DNA of 64,000 bases, from the NCBI RefSeq assembly GCF_035084215.1, contig NC_090356.1, positions 11,842,001 to 11,906,000 of the forward strand, given 5' to 3'. Below the pieces are notes generated by a model that saw only the letters and a program-made list of their open reading frames with translations, made no database searches and had not been told where the DNA came from. The position numbers and the translations under genes are program-made. The stretch is from Heptranchias perlo (taxonomy: Eukaryota). Shown here in pieces: positions 51,148 through 62,465 of this stretch; position 1 is the first letter of the stretch, and each line of letters opens with the position of its first letter.

Positions 51148-51326
51148 ATATCAACTTTGCTACTCGTAAGATTGCTGTTCTTCTGAAACCTCAGAAGATT
51201 ATTGAACAGAAAGGAGATTCATTCATTATCAAAACAAATAGCACATTCAGAAACTATCATGTCCAGTTTACAGTGGGAGAAGAATTTGAAGAAGATACAA
51301 ATGGTTTAGATAATCGCAAATGCAAG
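51148..51326 (+). CDS. rbp7: RBP7 exon 2 (DINFATRKIAVLLKPQK...GLDNRKCK)
   Basis: 179-nt exon with ttgacag and gtgaga sites; STFRNY and GEEFEED motifs. Confidence 0.96.
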
Positions 51327-53157
51327 GTGAGAGATCAATGCCTGTCAGTAAGATTGCTGTGGGATAATTATGGTGGAAGTGAAATGACCACTTGTTAGAG
51401 GAAATAAAAAAGCTTAAATCTTGTTTAAGTTTTCCATCCAAGTCACAGAGGATGATGGGATGGAAATGGTCTGTCCATATTCCTTGTACCCATCTTCTCT
51501 GCAAACTTGCCAGTTTTTCTTCTTTCAATGTCTCTTGATCAGTTTTTGTATTTGCAATGAAGGCTGAGTTTCCTTATACACTTCAAACTCTTTCTAATAG
51601 CTTCAACAAAATGTACATTCCATCACATATTGCCTGAATGATTCAAAAACAAGGATATTGAGGCTTTCTTTAAAATTTACCTTTCTACTGGTTCATAAAT
51701 CCTACACAATAATTCAGAGATAAGCCTCACCGTATTGTCTCTTACAAACTCTGCACACATGATAGAAATTACAGCACAGTAGGATGCTGTTTGATCCATT
51801 CTACTGGTGCTAGCTCTTAATTGGAGTTACTCTATTCCCACTTGCTTGCTCTATACCCATCTATATTAAAAATCTTACATCTGCATGCATTTCCTTTCAA
51901 CTTTTTTCCATTGTAATTTCCTTGTCCACATTTACAATGTGTAAGTAAACTTGTCATGCTGTAATTACTCTCTCGAGTGGAAGTTCTGCATCACCATCAC
52001 TCATGGGAGGATATAATTATGGTGCTAAGGTTTACATAGGCAGTTTCCATTACAAATGTGGACATAAAAAATTATAATGGGAAATATAAAAATGTTATGC
52101 TTATGCTCCCTGGTCCAATTATCTTCAGCTCTCTGTCCCCCCTTCAGCTGAAGATTATACTTGGTCTTGACTCCCCACGCGCAACCTTGAGAGATAAATA
52201 ATATATTTAAAATCGTGCGTCTGTACACACCTGTCAATATTTTTCATTCATAAACTCCTACATCCGCAGTTATAATGGAAAGTGCCTTTGTAAGCTCATG
52301 TAATTTAATTGTAAACTGCTTTAATTACTCTCGTCGTGATGCTACAGCACTGCCACTGGCAGGAAGGTGTAATTGCAGCATGATAAGTTTATACTGGCAG
52401 TCTCCATTCTAAGTGTGGGCATAGGCATTTGTATTGGACATATAAAAAGAACATATTGTATGACTTTAAAATGGGGACTGAATTATGTCTGTGTGCCCTG
52501 CTCTAATTATCCCCCATCCTTTAACCCCACTTCACCTGAAGGCTATAACTCCCTGGGATAGATCTTGACTTTGTGCGATAGTGTAATACGGGTGACAGCT
52601 AGTCGGCTGCTTCTTTTACTTCTCTCTCCCTGTGTGCAATGCTATCGGAGATCGACTGCTACCTTTTTTATATTCTTCCTCTTCAAATGCATCTCAATTT
52701 TTGTTAAACGATGCAATAGTCTCTGCTTCAATAGCCACTTGAAGTAAAGCATTCCATGTTCTAATAGACTTGTTTTAAAAATATTGTTCTAACTTTCCTT
52801 TTCATTCTTCTCATGATCATCCAGAGGAAATGGCCCCTTGTTAGTAATTTGCCAACCAGTGGAAACAATCCTTCATTGTTTACCCTCAAAACCTTTCATA
52901 ATTTTGAGAACCTACGTGATTCCATTCCTGAATCCTCTCTGTTCAACTAAAAAGACCCCCAATCTTATGAGCCTTTCTTCATGATAGTAACCTCACATTC
53001 CTAGTATTCTATCGAACCTATGCTGTATCCTTGGCTGTAATATTCTCCCCATAATGGGATGCCCAAGATTGCATTCAGTACCGCAACTGCGGCTTAATCA
53101 ATGTCTGTGCTGGTTCAACATCACTTCCTCGCTTTTGTATTCAAGGCCTCCAGGCAT

Positions 53158-53222
53158 ATGTATGTATGTGTGTGTATGTGCTTGTGTATATGTGTGTGTG
53201 TGTATGTGTGTGTGTGTGTGCG
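53158..53222. repeat. (TG)n microsatellite
   Basis: Imperfect TG run about 100 bp upstream of rbp7 exon 3; (CT)n tracts also occur at ~10949, ~13627 and ~13776. Confidence 0.9.
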
Positions 53223-53318
53223 TATATTTATGTCACTCAACATCTATTCCAATTAGGCTGTAAAATCCAATAAGTATGTTTAGAAAAATGAGTTTTGATG
53301 ATGCCTTTCTTTATGCAG

Positions 53319-53420
53319 AGTCTCGTTACATGTGACAACAACAAACTAGTATGTGTGCAAAAAGGAGAAAAGAAGAACCGAGGATGGACCCACTGGGTAG
53401 AGGGCGATGAACTGCACCTG
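53319..53420 (+). CDS. rbp7: RBP7 exon 3 ([34 protein letters not shown])
   Basis: 102-nt exon; WTHW with His at position 108 is RBP7/RBP5-type; synteny with nmnat1 supports rbp7. Confidence 0.95.
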
Positions 53421-54362
53421 GTATGTTCTCTAGAGGATACAGAAAACCAATAGATCACTTTATAAGCAGCCATGCTCATGAAAATTTGTGTAATAGTAAG
53501 CCATTTGGTTGACATTCATTCTTCTCTCTATTCTGTGCAACATTAACCAGCCTGGCTCCCTATTCCCAGAATTCTGCCAATGTAGCCCTTGATCTGGATA
53601 CTTACAGGTGTATGAGCGGATTTTTTTTTCCTTTGTATCCTTATTTCCTTCCTTCTTCCCCCCCGGCCCCCCCCACCCAACATTCTGAAACACATGGTTG
53701 GAACTCTGGTCTACACCATTAATGTGCCGATCTGAAAGAAATCCTGTCGCTTTAAAATTTCATTCATTCCAGAGGAGAGAGATTTGGTGAGTAATTGTTG
53801 CAGCAAAAGCTTGTTCTGTTGCTCAAAATTCTAAATTAGACTGTTGCAATTGTCGAGAGACAAATGCTTTATATCAAACAAAAGTCATCCGAAGTACAAT
53901 TTTAAACCTGAACTGTTGTCTTGGTAAATTCTCAGAAAAGCCAAATCTCGCCCAATTAGGTTCTCTTGAATTGGATTCCTATCACAGGTTATGACTGAAC
54001 AGTTTGAAGGTATTGTAAGGGTTAATCAGACTGACTTGATGTGCTAAAGTTATATTGCTATTAATTTGACCTTATATTATAATAATAGCTTTTAGTCTTT
54101 GTTAAATACCGAAGTGTGATTCTTAAATTGTAATATCTTTAAATAGTTACAAGTATGCTAAGATGGTGACCGCTGAACGTTTGAACTGAAACTGATGCTT
54201 ACAGCACCGACAGTTTTAAGATGGAATGACCACCTGTTTAATGAGACGTTAATTGGAGATGTTGCATTGCATTATCTCCAATTATATATATCACAGTCTG
54301 AGCAGTTGAGTATTGATAACGCTGCTTGTGGCCATTAGCTTACAGAATTTCTTTCTCTCTAG

Positions 54363-54422
54363 GAACTCTGCTGCGAAAACCAAATCTGCAAACAAGTTTA
54401 TAAGAAAGTGTCCAAGGCATAA
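54363..54422 (+). CDS. rbp7: RBP7 exon 4 (ELCCENQICKQVYKKVSKA*)
   Basis: Acceptor tttctctctag; CKQVYKK C-terminal motif; total CDS 414 nt = 137 aa plus stop. Confidence 0.93.
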   Translation, partial: ELCCENQICKQVYKKVSKA

Positions 54423-55597
54423 AAGGGTGAAGATGTCAAATGCAAGGCCTATTAATTTACAGCTGGTGATTTCTTCTAAATTTTAGGGCTGCCTTTCTTC
54501 AGTGAATTTTCAAAAGTGGCATAATTTATCCATCACTCACAGGTTTCAAGTAAGGCTATTCTTGTTACCACACTGTGATAAAGAAGCATATTTGAGATAT
54601 CTTTGCGTTTTGTATTATTGAAGAATCAAGGTACTCAGATGGTCAGTGTGGATCTGGTACAGGATATATAATTACCTTGACATTCCCATTATGGTGACAT
54701 TACACTCTTGGAATATAGTTGTCTGTTGGGAAACTATTGTATGGAAAATCATTGTAGAAGTGTAGGCAATTATGTTACATATGTGAGAATCTGACAACCA
54801 TAAAGGATTAGCAAAGCAATATGTGTCCTGTGTTTTTTTTACATAACTTCAAAATTATTCTTTCTTCTCCCATCCAACTCTGTAGGGAAAAACATTTTAA
54901 TAGTTTTTCTTCCTCTTGTGCTGGTAAGAAAATATTTCAACTTTTCTCCCACCCATTTTCCTGCTCTGCTTAAAGGGGACAATGAACAGGGCTCTGTTTA
55001 TTTTAGGCCAAAATCATTACCCACTTCTCTTATTACAAGTTTTACAAAGGGAGAGTATGACATGCTCTAAAGCTCATAACTTTCCCCATCCAGAGTCCTA
55101 GTTTTCACGCACAGCAAATTTAGCAATGACCCAGCCATGGTGGAGGAGTCAAACCTTAAGAACAAAGGTCTAGCAATATATCGATATTACAGTCCTGACA
55201 TATTTCATGTTCTCAACACTCTCCCACTTGTCTTGTTTAATGGCACAGGTAGTAAGTGTGGGGAGATTTTTCTCTTTCCAGTACCGTGTATAAGGATTTT
55301 AAAAGCTGTTTGTTAACACCGATGTAAAAGCTCGGGGGTTTTCAAGTGTTCTATTTTTAGCATTTAAAAAGCAAGAAGAATTTAGACCATAAAACAAACC
55401 AGAAAATTTGAAAATCAGTGCTTATTTGGAACAAGATTAGAATTCAAGAAAACAACCCAGGGACTTGGATAGGGGAGTAATCAAACTGCTTTATTCATGA
55501 ACATAGTTATTGAAACTCCCAGTTGTATGAGGCAAAATTAATCTAGAAACAATGCTGTCACCTAGAGGTGAAAGCATAGTGTTAACCCATAGTTCCA

Positions 55598-55637
55598 TTC
55601 ACCTGACGAAGGAGGAAGCCTCCGAAAGCTTGTGGAA
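55598..55637 (+). ncRNA. Minimal type I hammerhead ribozyme motif in a Penelope-like repeat fragment (~55598-55726)
   Basis: TTCAC-CTGACGA-A-GGAGG-AAG-CCTCC-GAAA-GC-TT-GTGGA: intact core, 5-bp stem II, palindromic AGCT in place of stem III. Confidence 0.7.
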
Positions 55638-58600
55638 TTTAAAATAAATTTGTTGGACTATAACTTGGTGTTGTAAAATTGTTTACAATTGTCAACCCCA
55701 GTCCATCACCGGCATCTCCAGATCATTCCTTCAGTTGAGCACAGTAAACTGCTGTAAAACTGTTCAATATGCCTTTTTTTTTCAGACAGAAGCCTCCAAT
55801 GCAGCACTGATTTTACAAAGTATTTAAAAGTTATTGGGATGTTTCCCAACTCAACTTTGTGGTGCTTGCTGCAGAAATTGGCTTTGAGGTGCAATATTAA
55901 GTGACCTTATGGTTTATTAATTATTATAATTTATGTAGTGCTGTCTCTTGATCCCTAATCGGCATTGAGTTAGCTAAACTCAACTGGAGAAGTATTCCAA
56001 ATGGACTTCCTGATCCCAGTTACAAAGACAGACATCAGCCAGGACTCCTGCTCATGATCACTGTGACCTCTGCTGGAAAAGTAGAGGGTGTATGCATGTC
56101 AGGTGAGGACAGAGTCAGGTTCATGTATGCTGCCACCCATGGTTGAACGCTGACAGTGACTAAATAAGTTGCTATCTGGAGGCGGTAGGGCAGGCCTACC
56201 ATAGACTGTACACCAGCAAGAGTCAACGCTTTCAGAAGAAAAGTCCAAAAAAAACACTTGCTGGAATCGGGTATTGGATCAAAGTCCCATCACTGGTTGT
56301 ATAAGGTATTGCAGCATTTTGGCACCACCCTGAACATTTATTTTTGACAATCTACTTGTCAATTTCTACTAGATTTTGTATAAATGAAACTAATTGACCA
56401 TTGATCTCCATGTGTTTAGCTTGTGAACCGGGATATTAGGAAGTAAATTATTGCAATTTGCCCCATAGTCACTAATGGTGAGAAAAATGGTCACCCTGAC
56501 TATTCTTTAGTTTTCTCCCCTTTCCTAACTCCCTCGGTCACAACTCTCAGTTGAGAGTTTTTCACGCTCTGCTCAAGCTATGGTCCATTTGAAATCTTGC
56601 TCCGCTCGACTAGGCCCAGCCATTTACCTCTCTCTGCACCGGTCAATTCTTGCGTTCTTGTGCCAATTTCAAGTCACCTGACTACTCACGGGATCACACC
56701 CTTATTTCCTTTACTTTAATTGCCTCCTATTTAGACCCTGTCTTCCGGCAAAGATACTACGCCCCCAAACTACTCTATCACACCCTAGTTAATTAATGAA
56801 GTTACTTCAGCCTTTGCTCACTTCAGACACAGTTGAATGAACAAGTGTTCTCCTTAGAGCGTAGAAAGTTAAGAGGAGATTTGATAGGTGTTCAAAATCA
56901 TGAATGCTTTTGATAGATTAAGCAAGGAGAAACCAGTGGCAGAAGGGTCAGTAACCAGAGGACACAGATTTAAGGTAATTGGCAAAAGAACCAGAGGCGA
57001 CATGAGGAAAAAAAATTTACGCATCGAATTGTCATGATCTGGAACGCACTGCCTGAAAGGGTGGTGGAAGCAGATTCAATGGTAACTTTCAAAAGGGAAT
57101 TGGATAAATACTTGAAGGGGAAAAATTTGCAGGGCTGTGGGGAAAGAGTAGGGGAGTGGGACAATTTGGATAGCTCTACCAAAGAGCCGGCAAAGGCACA
57201 ATGGGCCGAATGGCCTCCTTTTGTGCTGTATCATTCTATGATTCCAAATACTAAGACTAACCATATGGAAATACAAGTACAGATATACAATTACAATACA
57301 GCAAAAGGTATACATGAACTATACAATACAATGGAAGACGATACAGATGCTCCATGCACGCATATTACTCCAGTAAAACAAAAATTTGTTCACTCTCTCA
57401 GTCACAATGCCCAGTTGTGAGACCTTCACGCTTGAGCCACAGTCTGCTTGAAGCCAGTTAGCATGCTGCAAATGGACTCAGTGTCCCTGGGCTAGAGAGG
57501 GGAAAACAATCAGCCAGGGTTCCTGTCCATGATCACTAGTGCCCCCAGTACCTGCTAACACTCACTTTCTAGGCCTGAACAACTGAAGAAAGACTAGTCG
57601 GTGAAGGGAATGGGTGGGGCTGATGGTGTCTGTGGAACCATACCCAGCAAAGTCAGTGTCTTTAGGCAGGTGGGGAGAGGAGAAAGATGTCATTGGAGGA
57701 AATAACTTGACAAACGCATTTAAATCAGATGACGGAATCTACTCAGCTCGGCTGCATTTTTAAAAATTAATTTTCATTAAAAAAAAGTCCTTGAGGTGTT
57801 CAATTTTGTAAATGCTCAGTTATTTTGCACATTGGTAAATAATCGAACCAATATAATTTCCGCAGTTTCTTCCTGCTAAAATGACGTTTCTTGAAGTCGA
57901 GTATTAACCAGTCCTGTTCTGCTGGTACTTGAAGCTAATGTTTACCGAGGGAATTCAAGCATTAAATTATAATCCAAGCTCAATTTGCTCAAGAATGCCT
58001 ATTATTCATGTGATGTTTCAGCTGTTATTTTGTTTCTGATGTGCCTTTTAAACTGCACTGTAAGGGTACAGTTGGATGCCAGTAGGTTTATACAATAGCA
58101 GCTGTATGCATGAAGTCTAAAATTAGCCTGTCAGTTGGTGGCAGCACCAGCACTGATTAGGATATTGCTCTGTGGTAGAGAATGTTTCTGCGCTGAATGT
58201 TCTCTACCAATTTTCTGTGGCAGTGACACAGAAACCGACTTTCTGGTGAATGAATTTGTGGTTTATCGTGCCCCTGAAATTATTAATGGAAATGGCAATG
58301 GATTTAGTGTTTGTACACTTGAAGGGCAATTCTTACATACCTGAGATGATAAGGTTTGTGATAGAATCATTGGATTTTACGGAGCAGAAGGCCATTCAGC
58401 TCATCATGCCTATACCGGCTCGCTAAGAGAGCTTTCCACTTATTCCCACTCCCCTGCTCTTTTCTTTCTACTTTCTTAGTTTTAAAATATTTATCCACTT
58501 CTTTTTTTAAAGCTACTATGAATTCTGCTTCTGGTTTATCAAAACTTCTCCTAAAGCCTCTGTTAAATTTCCCCGAAATCTTCTTTGTTCCAATGACGAG

Positions 58601-58739
58601 AGCCCCAGTTTCTCTAATCTCTTCTCATAACTGAAGCCTAGCATCTATGCTACTGATAGGAAAAGCCCCAAATGCATTGTTCTTCTCACCTCGCTACCTG
58701 TTCTTGTTCCTGACATTTCTTAAAGGGGCAGCCAACACG

Positions 58740-60450
58740 ATTTCAAATGGGACAGCTCCTGCCTGTCAAACTTCCTTCACTTTTTTGAGGAAGTGACATC
58801 TCAAATGAACATTGGAAAGCCTACACTTCCAGAAAGCCTTTGATACAATTCCACATGAAAGGCTGCTACCAGAAGCTTACAGAAGTAAAACTTGGAGGTG
58901 GGTAACGGATTGGCTGAGAGAGGCGAAGTAGTGAGTACCAAAATAAAAACAGAAAATGCTGGAGAAGCTCAGCAAGTCAGGCAGCATCTGTGGAGAAAGA
59001 AACAGAGTTAATGTTTCAGGTCGAAGACATTTCGTCAGTAGTGGGTACTAGTTAGTAGAGTGATATCAGGCTGGGGAGATGTACTGAGTGTGGTTTTTGA
59101 TTTATATGAATGACCTGGATTCAGAAACTCAATGTAAGTTTGTCAGATTCACAGAGGATACTAAACTAGGCAATTGCAATTTTAAATTGTAGGCGGCAAG
59201 AACACCCGTCCGAAGCCAGAGGTCCTTCTGTAAATATGCAGATCGAGCTTCAAAGATGCCATTGGGGTCTAACTGCAATATTAACCTGAGGCCTGAGCAG
59301 GGAGCAGTGATGACGTCCACGCTAGGTCAAAGCTGTCAGGAAGTGGATCCAGAAGCCAGAAGAGGCCACAAAAAGGTAAGTTTTTAAGAAGTCTTTAAAG
59401 TTTCCCTGTGGGCCAAGAGGAGCAGGAGTGCTCCTCTGGGCCCCACAAGGAAACCTTGGGCCTCCCCTGCCCTCAATTTCCCTCCCCCTACCACAATCAT
59501 GATCCCTGTTGGGCCCCCCTCCTGAAGACTTACTTGAGTGGCAGCACTCCACTCAGAACGTCCCCTTACCCCAACATAACTCCTCTAACTAGCATCCCTT
59601 GTTTTCTACCCATCAGCTAGGTTCTTATCCATTCCCAAGATTTACCCTGAATCCTAGTAGTCTTTCATGTGGAACTTTCTTGAATGCCTTTTAGAAGGCT
59701 AGATACATCGTGTTGAATTGTCACTTCCTCAAACAAGTCTAGGAGGTTTGTCACGCAGGATCTTCCTCTTTTAAAGCCATGGGATAAATATTATCTATCC
59801 CATGGGATTTATTTGCAGGATACAGGGGTTGACCACGTAGTTCAAATGAGAAGAGGTTGGGTAGTAATTGTAGTGAGGGGTGGTAGGAAGGGGAAGGGAT
59901 ATTGGGAATGTGAAAGGGTAGGCAATGGGAGTGGGGGAACTACGTGATTGAGATGGGGATAGGAACGAAGCCACTGAGGGCCACATTTTTCTTGCACCCT
60001 CCACCCCAGAAGTAGCCTGCTTCCATCAACGTCTCCTTTCCCCGCCACACCATGTCATGCCACCCTTCACCCTCAAACTGAAAGGAATGAAGAAAAAGAC
60101 AGAGAAAGAGAGACAAAAGTAGAAGAGGAGAGACAGAGACAAACAGCAACACAAAGACAAGAGATAGTTAGAGAGAGACCATATTCTCTACTTACTGGGG
60201 GGACATATTTAATGAATGGTATTGAACTAGCTGGGGAGAAACTGAAAAAGGTCTGGGAGTGGCAGTAGACTCAACTCCAACAATGTCCAGTCATTGCAAA
60301 TCAACGATTAATACAGCAAACAGAATGCTGAGCTATATCGCCAAATCAGTCCAATTTAAGCCTGATGCTGTTATGTTGAAACTGTAAAGTGCTCTTATCT
60401 GATTGCAACTTGAATGCTGCATTCACTTTTGGTCACTGAAGTAAAAGGAA
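58740..60450 (+). mobile_element. Old CR1 element, fragmented by nested insertions, where duplicate exons 2-3 would be expected
   Basis: Decayed RT motifs (ttttttgaggaagtgac, ttccagaaagcctttgata, gttgaaactgta); contains Penelope-like, Harbinger-like and inverted CR1 pieces. Confidence 0.6.
58940..59040 (-). mobile_element. Penelope-like terminal repeat fragment with a degenerate hammerhead motif
   Basis: Minus strand CTGACGA-AATGTC-TTC-GACCT-GAAA-CATT followed by ctccacagatgctgcctgac...ccagcattttctgttttt; a more decayed copy lies at ~12845-12942(+). Confidence 0.6.
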
Positions 60451-60924
60451 GCATGTGCCTAATGGCTAATGTATTGGACAACACTGCTCTAAAGGACACT
60501 GAGTACCAGAAATCATTTTATAGCCATCGATCCTTGTGAATGTTTGTGGACTAGGAGGCCATTTGGTTGTTGACTTAAAAAAAAAATTCAGTGTAACAGT
60601 AACCAGTCTGGTTAAATCTTTCCAGACTTCTGTCAATGTCGCCCTTGAGCTGGATACCTGGAGGTTTATGAGCAGACTTTCTTATCCCCACTTTTTGTCT
60701 TCTCCCAATTTCATTCACTCCCAGAATAGTGAAATTTGGCTAGTGATTGTTTTTAGTAGGAACATGTTCTATAGCCTTAAAAACCTAATTAGACTGTTGT
60801 TATTGTTGGCAGGCAAATGGTTTTCATCATTCCTATAAAGCTGCAAGGTTAGACACCTCAATATTCACGGTCACATTCAAAATTGCCAAATTTTACCCAG
60901 TTTGATCCTCTTGGATTTTCTAAG

Positions 60925-61905
60925 TATCATAGAATCATAGAATGGTTACAGCATAGAAGGAGGCCATTCGGCCCAATGAGCCTGTGCTGGCTCTTTGTAA
61001 GAGCAATCCAGTTAGTCCCATTCCCCCGTTCTTCCCCCGTAAAGTTTTTCCTCATATCGCCTTTGGTTCTTTTGTCAATCGCTTTAATTCTGTGTCCTCT
61101 GGGTCTCGACCCTTCCGCCAATGGGAACAGTTTCTCTTTATTTACTTTATCTAAACCCTTCATGATTTTGAACACCTCTATCAAATCTCCTCCTAACCTT
61201 CTCTGTTCCAAGGAGAACAACCCAAGCTTCTCCAGTCTATCCACATACCTGAAATCCCTCATTCCTGGAACCATTCTAGTAAATCTTTTCTGCATCCTCT
61301 CTAAGGCCTTCACATCCTTCCCAAAATGCGATGCCCAGAATTGGACACAATACTCCAGTGTTTTATAAAGGTTCAACATAACTTCCTTGCTTTTATACTC
61401 TATGCCTCTACTTATAAAGCCCAGGATCCCTTATGCTTTTTTAACTGCTTTCTCAACCTGTCCTGCCATCTTCAAAAATTTGTGCACATATACCCCCAGA
61501 TCTCTCTGTTCCTGCACTCCCTTTAGAATTGTACCATTTAGTTTATATTGCCTCTCCTCATTCTTCCTGCCAAAATGTATCACTTCGCACTTCTCTGTGT
61601 TAAATTTCATCTGCCACGTGTCCGCCCATTCCACCAGCCTGTCTATGTCCTCTTGAAGTCTATCACTATCCTCCTCACTGTTTACTACACTTCCAAGTTT
61701 TGTGTCATCTGCAAATTTTGAAATTGTGCCTTGTACACCCAAATCCAAGTCAAAAAGAGTGGTCCTAGCACCGACCCCTGGGGAACACCACTATATACCT
61801 TCCTCCAGTCTGCAAAACAACCGTTAACCACTACTCTCTGTTTCCTGTCACTCAGCTAATTTCGTATCCATGTTGCCACTGCCCTTTTATTCCATGGGCT
61901 TCAAT
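60925..61905 (-). mobile_element. CR1 LINE fragment inserted in the duplicated rbp7 intron 3
   Basis: KFADD and LERMQKRFTRM ORFs; atcatagaatcatagaa tail on the + strand. Confidence 0.9.
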
Positions 61906-62405
61906 ATGTTACAACACAGGAGGCCATTCGGCCCACTGTGCCTGTGCTGGGTTGTGACAGAAGGGTAGTACACTGCTCCATTGGAACTTCAGATCAATAC
62001 TAAACTTGTCATTCTGTGAGGGATATTTTCCATGTAGCTGTTGGCAATCTTTGATTTTTACTTTGTTTATAGATGTTTATCTTGTGGACCTGATTTCATG
62101 CTGCTTGAAGCTATTCTAAAATCCAAAATATAAATACAAGAACACTCAGATTATCAGTGCTTTTGCAGAGATTCACTGGAATTTACTGAAGAGTTAAATC
62201 GCTCAGGAAATGTCAACAGTTAGCCAATGGACCAATTAAGTTGATTTACTCAAAAGGAAAGAAAGTACTGTAAAGGCTTTGTGGACTTAATGTACTGGCT
62301 GCACCTGCTATAATGATATTAATATTTGCTACATTCTAGGCGGGTGAGTATAGACAGGACTGATTTTGGCAATTAGCTTACACCATTTTTCTCCTTTCTT
62401 CCCAG

Positions 62406-62465
62406 GAAGTCCACTGTGCAAATCAAGTCTGCAAACAAGTTTATAAAAAGATTGCTAGGCCATGA
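62406..62465 (+). CDS. Duplicated rbp7 terminal exon 4' (EVHCANQVCKQVYKKIARP*), possible alternative last exon
   Basis: Intact pyrimidine tract plus cccag acceptor; same phase and length (60 nt) as exon 4; 11/19 identical residues. Confidence 0.6.
   Translation, partial: EVHCANQVCKQVYKKIARP

Noticed and set aside
55400-57890. Exon 1 of the duplicated rbp7
   Set aside because: No 73-nt exon homolog could be recognised; the region is mostly repeats.
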